Assembly (NCBI RefSeq): GCF_009914755.1
Contig: NC_060938.1
DNA from: the human T2T-CHM13v2.0 reference genome, Homo sapiens
Direction: 5' to 3' (one strand)
Length of the DNA: 64,000 nt
A program made the translations under genes and the position numbers. Below, piece after piece: positions 42,927-54,685 of this stretch. Within the stretch, counting starts at the first letter, position 1, and every line of letters begins with the position of its first letter. Below the pieces are notes generated by a model, which did no database searches, was not told the origin of the DNA, and worked only from the letters and a program-made list of their open reading frames with translations.

Positions 42927-43378
42927 TATATCTGGCACAGTAATACACGGCCGTGCCCTCAGCTCTCAGGTTGTTCATTTGAAGATACAGCGTGTTCTTG
43001 GAATTGTCTCTGGAGATGGTGAATCTGCCCTTCCTGGAGTCTGCGTAGTATGTGCTACCACCACTAATGGATGAGACCCACTCCAGCCCCTTCCCTGGAG
43101 CCTGGCGGATCCAGCTCATCTCATTGCTACTGACGGTGAATCCAGAGGCTGCACAGGAGAGTCTCAGGGACCCCCTAGGCTGTACCAAGCCTCCCCCAGA
43201 CTCCACCAGCTGCACCTCACACTGGACACCTGCAAACACAGAGACACCAAGGTCAGAAACTGCCACACAAACCCACTGTTTTGCTCACTCATGTCCACTC
43301 ACACTCAACATCTGTAGTTCTCCATGAATCACCTTTTAAAATACCAACAAGGAAAACCCAGCTCAGCACAAACTGCAT
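42927..43378 (-). CDS. IGHV3-38: IGHV3-38 open reading frame (leader 43378-43333, V exon from 43229)
   Basis: [116 protein letters not shown]. Confidence 0.95.
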
Positions 43379-43967
43379 GATGAGTTGTGTGTGTTCAGTC
43401 CTGATCACTGAAGGGAAACACCTGGGAATCCCAAGGCTGGGGCTCCACTCCCAGAGTGCTAAAAAGGGGAAGAGGATTTTCCATGCTAGGTCCCAGGTAC
43501 CTCCTTGCAAGTGCAGGCATCCTAAACTTGTGCAAGTTTCCAGCTTTCTGATGTTATAGTGCCCCCAGAAAAGGAAAGGAATGTGCTCATTAAGGCCCAC
43601 TGTTTTTACTAGGGCCCAGTGTATGTATGTGAAGTTTGGTGATTACACCCAGAAACACCCTCTCTGTGGCAGAGTTGCTTATATGTTTTACAGCCTGATC
43701 TTTCAGGCTGCTTTTTGTTAGAAGTGATTTCTTTGAACTCTGTGTGAATAGAAAATAAGTAATTGCCAAGCTGATTTTTGTTAGAAGAAATGTTTTTGCC
43801 AGAAATTCTGTCATCCTAACTATCTACCAAAATAATTTCTTTCTATCTCCTGTAACACCAGTTTGACTCTTCCATTTAGCTTGGTGATTTTGCGGTCTCA
43901 AGACTTATTTTCCTTTCACAGTAGGCAGGTATAAAAGAGTTTTTGTATATAATTAAGTTGCTTACAT

Positions 43968-44316
43968 TTGTCCGTTTTCATGCTGCTATAAGGACATACC
44001 TGAGGCTGGGTAAATTATAAAGAAAAAAGGTTTAATTGTCTTACAGTTCTGCGTGGCTGAGAAAGCCACAAGAAATTTACAATCATGATGGAAGGGGTAG
44101 CAAACACGTGCTTCTTCACATGGCTGCAAGAGAGAAGTGCCAAGGGAAGAGGGAGGCCCCTTATACAACCATCAGATCTTGTGAGAATAACAGGAGAACA
44201 GCATGGAGAAAACAGCCTCCATGATTCAATTATTCCCACCTTTTTCCACTTGACATGTGGGAATTATTACAATCCAAGATGAGATTGGGGTGGGGACACA
44301 GAGCCAAATCATGTCA
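43968..44316 (+). mobile_element. THE1/MST-type LTR
   Basis: gtccgttttcatgctgctataaggacatacctgag...gagattggggtggggacacagagccaaatcatgtca. Confidence 0.8.
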
Positions 44317-46544
44317 TTGATTTTATTTTCTTTAGAGTATAAGATGTCTAGCTATAAGAAAGCACAGTTTAACTTCTGGTAATTTTAAATCAGGAAAAAT
44401 ATTTTGGAGGCTTCTGCAAATATAAATTTTTATAGAAACTAATATAAATTGTAGAAACTAATATAAATTGTAGAAAATAATATAAATTGAAAAACAAGTG
44501 GACAAGGTTAGAATCTAATAACAGATGCACTGTTGTTTATTTTGAAACAGTATTTCTCTCTATAATTCCCCAAAGTTATTAGAGACACAATCATAGTAGG
44601 GCAAATTTATTTGTAATATAAGTTTTAGGCTTAATTTTTTTGTATAAGATGAGGCAAAAATAGTAATTTAACATATTAGCTCTCTTTTTTTCTATTTTTT
44701 GTACATAGGCTATTTAATTCATAAATTGACCTTGCTGGAAATTTTTTATAAGAAATCTAAGGGTAGAATCTTTAAAAGCATCAAGCCCAGACATTGTTTC
44801 ATCTGTGCCTTCAGACAGCTATATGAATTGGGTTACTTCTTCTTTTTTCAATTTTCCAAGACAACTTGGGATTCCTGGGTCTGTCAGAAAGTAAAATTAT
44901 TGACTTACTACAGCTCAGGGCCCTGAACAAAACAGGTTACATGCCAGTTTTCCCAAGGGGCTTTTATCAGCTATCCAGCTTAAATTCATTTTATAAAGTA
45001 AATATGAAAATATGTCATTCAAGTTAAAGTCTTGGTAAAATGATCATTGTCTCCAATTGTGCCCTGTTACGGAAGAAAGCAGATTTATATTGAACCTATG
45101 TGAATTAATATTTTGATATAACAATACTCACAGTTTCCAAATTTTGGAGAAATTATGTAGAGAAGAAGAAATTGTGTTTTTGAATTTTCTCACTAGAATA
45201 TACTATACTCAATTGTTAAAAACAATGAATAGCTTAAGAGAATTTTTTTTTTGATTCTGAAAAACAAAATGTAAGTAATTAGCAAATGCTTTAAAGAATA
45301 AGCCATAAAATTTATTTCAGGCTCCTGTTAGTTCAGTTCATGCAATTAAGTCCTGTCCTGTTTGACATTATATTAACAACCATCATAAATGCATCAGGTC
45401 TCCATGAGAGTCTTGGAAGTTTTTCTCTGTATATAAATGGCACAATTTATAAAATTGTCACAATTGTGTATTTAAGAGTACCCCTCAAAATTCTATAGAT
45501 TATTATAAGCCACCTGATAAAGAATCAAAGGAAAACAATTGTGGATGGCTGAAGTTTTAGAATAGCCACGGTTAAAGACAGAATTGAGGAGAAAGTTTGG
45601 TTATTTCTGTGATGAACAAAAATTTTATATAATAATCATAAGTACTACTGACAAAATATACTGACATATCAAAGTCAATTGAACCTCATACCATTTTAGA
45701 ACATGTACTCTTTAATTTATATGAATATACTCCAATTATATAGTCCACATTTATATAAATATAGTCCAAAGTTAAACACCATTTCAAATTTGACATTGCT
45801 TCCAGTATAATTTAATTGTACCAAAGAAGCTAAATATGTTTCTTTTTGGCTTCAGGAGATCAAATATCAAAAAAGAATAATGAGGTCAAATGACTGAATT
45901 TAGACTTTTATTTTGTGAAGGAGGTCAAATATCAAAGGTTTATTTAGAACACTTGATATTACAAAATGGAATTACAGATTATTGTAAAGTAAGTTATTTA
46001 TTTAGCCAAGTGAAAACTCAGTGATTTCTTAAAAAAGCAAAAACTTTTATTTTTGAAAGAATTAATTTTCTAAACAATAACCCCTTATAAGAACATCATG
46101 AGAAAAATTAAAACTATCTCTCAATTCTGAGAAATAAGTCTATTAAATTATAACTACTTTTACCATAAAATATAATTTTCATAGGTCTTTTATAAATTTT
46201 AATAATTTTTTAAGCTAAAGAGTGGATTACTTCTTCAAGAAACCCTTGTCAATCTGTCACAGGGGCCCAGATGCTAGACTTCCATTAGTGTGCATTTAAT
46301 ATTAATGCTTAACTTATAAAGAAACTCTCAAGTAATATTATATCTCAAAATTAGCTTTTACAATCTTACAAATCCACTTCTGTAATAGTCCCTGGGCCTG
46401 GAGTTGTTGAGTAGTTTCAATTTCTGGCCTTATGTCTTAAGAGTATGATGAATTTTTATTGTCATTTTCTTCCAGGTCTGTAGATGGGGCTTTAATTACT
46501 GTCAGTGTTTAAGATTTAGCAGGACTTAGTGTCCTTTTTCTCTT

Positions 46545-46812
46545 ATTTATATATTTTTTCTGAGATGGAATATTGCTCTATCACCCAGGCTGGAGTTCAG
46601 TGGCACAATCTTGGCTCACTGCAATCTCTGTCTCCCAGGTTCAAGCAATTCTCCCTGCCTCAGGCTTCCAAGTAGCTGGGATTACAGGCATCCACCACCA
46701 TGCCTGGGTAATTTTTGTATTTCTTATAAAGACAGGGTTTCGCCATGTTGGCCAGGCTGGTCTCAAACTCCTGACCTCAGGTGATCTGCCTGCCTTAGTC
46801 TCCCAAAATGCT
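46545..46812 (-). mobile_element. Alu (S-type), truncated
   Basis: Alu reverse complement. Confidence 0.85.
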
Positions 46813-48279
46813 GTGTGTCCTTTTTAGACCTAGGAGTCAAAGGTCAGTAATGTGGCAGCACAAGGCCTTTAAAAGTAATGTAGATAGCTACATGAATGTA
46901 ATAACATTAATTTATATTTTCTTAAAATCTCAGTAAGTTGGAAACCTTAATAACAGTAACATAGGAATTATTTCAATAAAATATAAAATTTGTTTTATGC
47001 CAGTTACCAAATAGCAAAGCAAAACCTTTTACAGTGTGATTGCTTTTCCCTATTGGAAAATGCATGTAGATAACCTGCAGGTCAACTCTAATGAAAAAAG
47101 CATTTGAATTAATTAGACATACCAAGAATGTGACTCAGATTACACGTGAAGACTTTGGTTTCATAGAAAAATGTAGACATTTAAAGATAAGCCAAGAGTG
47201 TAGAATGTTATATTGAAAGAAAACATTTTATTTAGAACTTAAAGATAAAATGTTTTTAGCATCAGACAATAATAGCAGTTAAAAGCTAACAACAGTTAGA
47301 AGTTAAGTCAGTAAGAAGCTAATCGCTGTAAGAAAAAAAATGTTAAAGGACGTGATGAAAAAATGGAGAGCCTCTCAAGTCTTCTCAAAGGGAAAAAATC
47401 AAAATGGCAAGATGCAATAAAAGTTAAATTTGGGGGTTAAAAAATTAAAATATCTTATAATTTTATTTAGTAAATCAACACTTTAAGACAATTTTGTCAT
47501 TCTAACCAGTCTTCAGTGTATTACTATATTTTATATAAAAGCCAGATCTCTATAAAGACTATTATAAATACTTCCCTTTCAATTATAGTCAACTTGATAA
47601 TATGAAGGTTTTTTAATAAATTAACTTTTTATAAATCTTATTTTCACTTACACAAACCATTTATGGCATAGTTGAACATCTTGTTTTATTCTAAACGTCA
47701 TTCTTTCTTAGTCATTTTATTTTAGGATAAAAAATTACCATGCAAGATTATTTCTCATATAAAATTTTTTTATTTTAACCTTTCTTACCAAAAGTACTTC
47801 TCTATGTCAATAAATTTCTTTAAAACTCTCTTACTTTTTATGATGTTATATAAATAACTTTGAATTACATTATTTTTCTAAGAATAATTTTTTAAGAAAA
47901 ATATTTTCTTATATATTTTTTAAAACAATTAGTAATGACCTAAACATTTAGTCAATATCTATTATTTAATTAAACTTTAGATTTTTAAATTGTAGAACAA
48001 GTTTATTTAAAAGGTTTATTTGATTACATTTCCCTATTTTATTTAAGTAGCTTATCTAGATTACTTATGAAAATTGTAATTCATCCTTTAAAGTTTTTTC
48101 TCTGTTAACCATGTTATAACCCATGAATTTCAGGTGCTTGCCTGAGTAAAAACCTTATAATTAAGCAAATAATTGTTTTTCTAATAACTATTTACCTGTT
48201 TTTTATTAAAACAACAATATTAAACATCATATTTGTCAAAAAATTACAAAGATCATTCTGGTTTTAATGAGGTTTATAA

Positions 48280-48580
48280 TTTTTTTTTTTGAGACGGAGT
48301 CTCGCTCTGTCATCCAGGCTGCAGTACAGTGGTGCGATCTCAGCTCACTGCAAGCTCCACCTCTGGGGTTCAAGCATTCTCCTGCCTCAGCCTCCAGAGT
48401 AGCTGGGATTACAGGCGCCTGCCAGCATGCCCAGCTAATTTTTTTTTTCTTTTTGTATTTTTAGTAGAGATGGGGTTTCACCATGTTAGCCAGGATGGTC
48501 TCAATCTCCTCACCTCGTGATCCACCCACCTCAGCCTTCCAAAGAGCTGGGATTACAGGTGTGAGCCACCGCATATGGCC
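48280..48580 (-). mobile_element. Alu
   Basis: Poly-T followed by a full Alu reverse complement. Confidence 0.9.
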
Positions 48581-48854
48581 AACGAGGTTAATAATTTTAT
48601 AATCATCATAAAAAATTTTGACACCATATAATATCTAGCTGTGATTTTAAATATAAAATCACTTGATGAATTAATATAAACTATAAGGTATGCTGATAAT
48701 TGTTAAAATATCTCTAATTTGTTTTTACCAATAATTTTAAAGCCAACTTATTTATTAAATATTTATTTAAGTCACATGTACTTCAAATGCATTGGGCTCA
48801 TTTACTTAATTTGAAAATATTTATTTCAAAGCCAATTTTGTACCTAGTAGCCAC

Positions 48855-48898
<44 letters not shown>

Positions 48899-49839
48899 CA
48901 TGCACATATTAACACATCTACGCATACACACACTAATACAAAGATACTAGAGCTTTTACTTTGAAACTCTAGCTATGGAATATGTATAGAAACTCAGCAG
49001 TCATTTACAAAAAAAAGTTTAGATGTAAACAGTGGTTATCTTAAAACCAGTTGAAAAGCCCTGTAAACTGGAAAACAGAATATTTTTAAGCAAAAAAAAA
49101 AAAAAATCCTCATCTTTCTTTATAAACCTCACCAAAAGCTAATTATACTCTTTTACTATTCTAATTCTTAGTAACCCTAATTCAAGTGAGAAACCTAGGA
49201 TTACTTAATTTAACATGACATGACTAAGATTTTAAATTACTGAAGATAGTTATGAGACTAAATTTGACAAATCAATATTTGTAAAGTAATGTAAAATTTA
49301 AAGCTGACTCTAAAAAACAGATGTACATTTTCTTTACAAAGTGTTGCATTAAACAGAATTAACTTGATTGGTGGTCTTTGAAACACAGCTTAATTAGATT
49401 ACTGGACTTAGAGTGGAGCCATTTAAGAAAAAGGGCCAAGAAAACATGCAGTTTTTAGGGCATAAACTACAATTGTTTATGCAAATGTGCAAAGAAATGA
49501 GTAGCCTTCTATAGTGATGATCATTTTCTGCTAACTGCCCTCAGCCACCCCTAACGTAGCTTTCAAAGCCACCCCTAACATTGGAGCTTTCATTCACTAT
49601 TGCACACACCACGAATGAATCCTCTCACAGTACAACGTAATTCTGGTAGCATCCAAAGCCAAAAACATTACATAATCCAAGAAAGCAGAGCTTTGTACAT
49701 GAGAAGAATCTGCAAATGATTCTTGAAACCACAAAGGAAGCAGGAAAACTCCCAAAAGGTTAGTGGCAAGATCCAAAAGGAACCGCCCTCCCTGCCCGGA
49801 TCCAGGGACCTGATGTGGAGCTGCCTCCTAAGGGAGCGG

Positions 49840-50375
49840 TGGTGTCCTCAGTGCTCCCTGGTGGTTCTGAGCGAACACTGGTTTACTGAGCTCACCCTGG
49901 TGTCCTGAGAGCTCCCTGTTGTCCTGAGTGCCCCCTGGAGGATCTGAGTGCCCCCTGGTGTTCTGATCGCTCTCTGGTGTCCTGAGTGCTTCCTGGTGTT
50001 CTGAACATCCCCTGGTGGTCCTGAGGGCCGGTCATGTCCTGAGCACCCCCTGGTGGTTCTCAGCGCCCCCTGGTGGTTCTGAAGTCCCTCTGGTGTCCTG
50101 ATTGCCCCCTGATGGTTCTGAGCGCCCCCTAGTGTCCTGAGTGCGCCCTCCTGTCTTGAGAGACCTGGTGGTCCTGGGCGCCCCCTAGTGGTTCTGAGCC
50201 CCCTAGTGTCCTGAGCGCCCCCTGGTGGTTATGAGCTCCCGCTGGGATCTTGAGCGCCCCTTGGTGGTTCTGAGCACCTGCCAGTTTCCTGAGTGCCCCC
50301 TGGTGATTCTGAGCTCTCCTTGGTGGTTCTGAGTGCCTACTGGTGTCCTGAATGCCCCCTGGTGGTTCTGAGCAG
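49840..50375 (-). repeat. Tandem array of a 19-20 bp unit CTGAGCGCCCCCTGGTG(G)TY carrying the CTCF core, ~27 copies
   Basis: Perfect cores GCGCCCCCTGGTGG at 50063-50076 and 50215-50228, GCGCCCCCTAGTGG at 50178-50191, and many variants with 1-3 mismatches. Confidence 0.9.
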
Positions 50376-50413
50376 CAACTAACATGCAGTCCCCTCCTGT
50401 CTCCCTGCAGGGA

Positions 50414-50452
50414 CTTTTGTGTCTGTGCTCACATAGATGTCCCCACACTGTG
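50414..50452 (-). other. 23-RSS of IGHV(III)-38-1
   Basis: CACAGTG-23-ACACAAAAG. Confidence 0.85.
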
Positions 50453-50871
50453 TCCCTCACAGTAATACACAGACTTGTCTTGGGCTCTCAGTTTTATTAT
50501 CTTAAAAGAGAATCTTCTGAACAGTGTCTCTGAGGACTGTTAATCTTCTTTGTACTGAAGGCGAGTCCCATTGAGAACTTCCACTTGAATTACTGTTATC
50601 TCCCTCACCAACACTTGCCATGAATCCTGCTGGACCAAACTTGTTCTTTTTTCAGTGAATCCAGGGGCTTTGCAGAACAGTCTGAGAATTCTTGGTCTGT
50701 AGTATTTTCCTGTCTGACTCCACTAGTTAACTTCACAGAGGACTTCTGCACACACAGAGGCAACAGACTGAGAACAGCCCCACGTGGAGCAGCCACAGCT
50801 GAGCCTGATCCACGGGGAAGTTGAATATTGAGAGTGATGACAAGAGAAGCTCAGATCAGCACAGACCCCAT
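50453..50871 (-). pseudogene. IGHV(III)-38-1: Clan III IGHV pseudogene
   Basis: Decayed leader ATGGGGTCTGTGCTGATCTGA, V exon GAAGTTAACTAGTGGAGTC...GTGTATTACTGTGAGGGA, and RSS. Name from position between 3-38 and 4-39. Confidence 0.82.
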
Positions 50872-51550
50872 GGTCATGAGTACATAGTTTCTACCTCCCT
50901 TACCTGTGAGTCCTGGCACAATCTATCATCCTCTAAAACCTAGGGGCCACTAAGAACAGACAGAAGTTTGAATCCTATCAAGTTTTGAGAGACCCACAAT
51001 TACTGTCTGGGCTGATTGGTGAGGGTGATCTCTATGAGCCTAGTCTTTGAAGAAGTATATGATGGCTTTTGTTATAAAGAACAGATAACAACAAAGACAG
51101 TCAAGGAAAATGAAGAAGCAGGGGAACATGGTCCAAACAGAAGAACAACCAAAAGGTCCATAAACTGACATCAATGAAAAGGAAGAACATGGATTACCTG
51201 ACAGAAACTTTAAAGTAAATGTTAGAAACATGTTCAATGAGCTAGTGGCAGCATGCAAGAACAATGTGAGAATTTTAATAAAGATAAAACATTTAAAAGA
51301 TGACTAAACAAAAATATTGATCCTGAAGAATACAGCCAAAAATTTTAACAAGATTTTAGACCAAACTAGATCAAGTAATAGAAGAAACAGTAAACTCAAA
51401 GAAAGATCATTTGAAATAGTAGAGACAGAGAAGAAAAATTTAAGTGAAAGAAATAAAAAAGAGTTCAAGACTTATGGGCCAGGAAAGACACTAAACACTC
51501 AACTACGCATTTGAGGAGTTATACAAAGACAAGACAAAAGGGGTAGTGAA

Positions 51551-51560
51551 GGGAGAGAGG

Positions 51561-51650
<90 letters not shown>
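51551..51650. repeat. (GA)n microsatellite inside an old L1 ORF1 relic (~50900-52390)
   Basis: Long purine-only GA tract. Confidence 0.92.
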
Positions 51651-51652
<2 letters not shown>

Positions 51653-51887
51653 ATAAATTATTCAAAATAATAGCAAAAAATATTTCCAAATTTGGAGAAG
51701 GGAAGCAAATATTCATCCACAATGAAGAAGCTCTATAAATTTTACGTAAGATAAACCCAGTGACAAAAAATGTGACACAGTTTAAAACCACATTGCTGGA
51801 AATAAAAGAGGCTTTAGAAAACAGAAAGAAAAGGAACAGATTTCTCAGCAGAAGGTTTTCAGTTCAGAAGGCACAGGGATTGTATTC

Positions 51888-52231
51888 AATGGTGTGTGGT
51901 TTATTGACAGAGGTTCTTTTTGAGAAATGTGTCCCTGGGCAATTTCATCATTGTGCAAGCATCAAGGGTGAATTTTCACAAACCTACAAGGAATACCCTA
52001 CTACACACAGGGTATGTGGATTAGCGCAGGGTTCCCAGACAACTAACCTGTACAGCGTGTTACTGCACTGAACACTGCAGGAAATGGAAACACCATGGTA
52101 AGTATCTCTCTATCTAAACACATCAAAACATGGAAAAAGTTTAGTGAAAATATGGTATTACAACATTATGTGGCCACAAACATATATGTGGTCTACTGTT
52201 GACTGCAGCATTGTTACGTGACACATGACTT
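51888..52231 (+). mobile_element. Tigger3/MER7-like DNA transposon
   Basis: ttgagaaatgtgtccctgggcaatttcatcattgtgcaagcatca...cctactacacac...gacacatgact. Confidence 0.65.
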
Positions 52232-53863
52232 TACTCAAATTGATGGGGGTTGGGGGGGACTAAAAATAAATAAAACCTGCCAAGATGAATCTTTACCATG
52301 TAAATCCTTTTCAGAAATGAAGATTAGATTAGAACTTTCCCAGACAAAAACTAAAGGAGTTCTTCACTGCTGGACCTGCCTTAAACACCAAAGGGTCTCA
52401 ACTAGGTCTGCAGAATAATGATATAGCTGCATCAGCTCCATTCTGGCCTCTGCCATGTGACAGTTTTGTGTGGATTTGCTTTCTACACCCTCATGGCTTT
52501 TTTCTGTCTAAACTTCTAAATTCATTCTCCTTTTAATTTGCAGTTTATTGAAAATATTCATATTTAGCTTAGAACATTAAAAAACTTTGGAAAAAAATTC
52601 ATCTTAAACCCACCAAGTCTAATTAACTCTCTTCAGGGATGCCCGTTTTTTTCTTGTTTTCCTATAGGATATGGCCCTTGTTTCTATCTCAGTTCAGTCC
52701 TTGTTTTCGTATGCATGAGGTATCCAACCATCACATGCCCAGGAACACCTTGGAGGAACGTACCCTATCATCCATCCCTTCAGCCTTCATGTGCACAGGG
52801 GCCATTCTTTCAGCTGTTGTATGCTTTAGGATTTTCCATTCAAAAGTGTTTTTCAATAGCCCCCCAAAGAAAGTCCTTGGACCTTAAAACATGATGTGGT
52901 GTTGGGGGCATTGACAGCTAAATTTCACTGAAAGTATCTTCTATGCTTGGTAATTGGGGAAGACTGGGAAGAAGGTAACAAAACTCAGACCCCATGTAGC
53001 TCCTCATTTAGCAATAGATTCAGTACAAATTTAGAAAGTTGAAGACATAGAGTAATGTTGCTGTGGTTTTCTGTGATATAATAAGGAGACAGCAGAAGAT
53101 GGTCAGTGGTCAGTTTCCATCCAGCTGGTACTCATTGTCAATTAGTTAAGTCCTAATAAAGGATAAAATGCAACATTTGTGACAAAGCCCCAGGGCTTGT
53201 TTAAAAGACCTTGTCCCAACAGGGACGTGACAGTTTTTATATGAGAGCTACTGTTTTTGCCTAATTCATGTGAAAATCTGAGCGATGTGCCCAGCTTCAG
53301 GGGGCTGCTTCTCCCTCCAGGAGACGGAGCTAACAGAGTTGTGTGGTATTAGCCTGTCTGGGTCTTCGTAAGAAGACAAAAGGAGTGGGTGGCTTAAACA
53401 ACAAATATTGATTTTCTTACAATTCTGCAGTCTGAATGTAGAAGATCAAGGTGCTGGCAGGGTTGGTTCTTGGTGCGGCTTCTTCCTGGCTTGCAGAGGC
53501 CCACCTTCTAGTGCACTATGTCTCCACGTGGCCTCTTCTCTGAGTGCATGTGAGAAGTGAGAGGTATCTGGTGTCTCTTCCTCTTCTTATAAAGACAACA
53601 GCTCTATTGCATTAGGGTCTCATTTATGACCACATTTAACATTAATTATACCATTAAAATTCCGATATAGATCCATTGGATTTAAAGTTTCAGCATATGA
53701 ATTTCAAAAAGGGCACAATTAAATTGATGACACAAATCAAGAGATGGTGAGAAGCATTAGAATATATACATATATAAATAAGGTATAATGGGCTGTGCAG
53801 GTACTTGCAGGAAAGTTCTTAGTAATTGGTGAAACTTCAATTGTAACAGGAAAATTTGCCTTA

Positions 53864-54573
<710 letters not shown>

Positions 54574-54677
54574 TTTCTTGCACATGAGATCCATGACTCT
54601 CAGAAAGCATTTCCCTTATGAGTTGGACCTGAATTTAAGGAAATGTGTGGTGGCTTCCTGTGGGCGCCTAAGTGAGG

Positions 54678-54685
54678 ATTTGCAT
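54678..54685 (-). promoter_or_regulatory. Octamer of the IGHV4-39 promoter
   Basis: Exact ATTTGCAT. Confidence 0.9.

Larger units (their letters stand above)
43458..49790 (-). mobile_element. ERV1-class (MER4-group-like) remnant: partial LTR ~43857-43458 plus AT-rich internal region, with nested THE1/MST and Alus
   Basis: LTR-like terminus TGTTACAGGAGATAGAAAGAAATTATTT on the minus strand at 43857, and a long AT-rich non-coding internal sequence. Family assignment is from memory only. Confidence 0.55.

Noticed and set aside
44428-44490. Three copies of tagaaactaatataaattg, and three of gcctgtgggga at ~31680-31712
   Set aside because: Short slippage duplications with no further structure.
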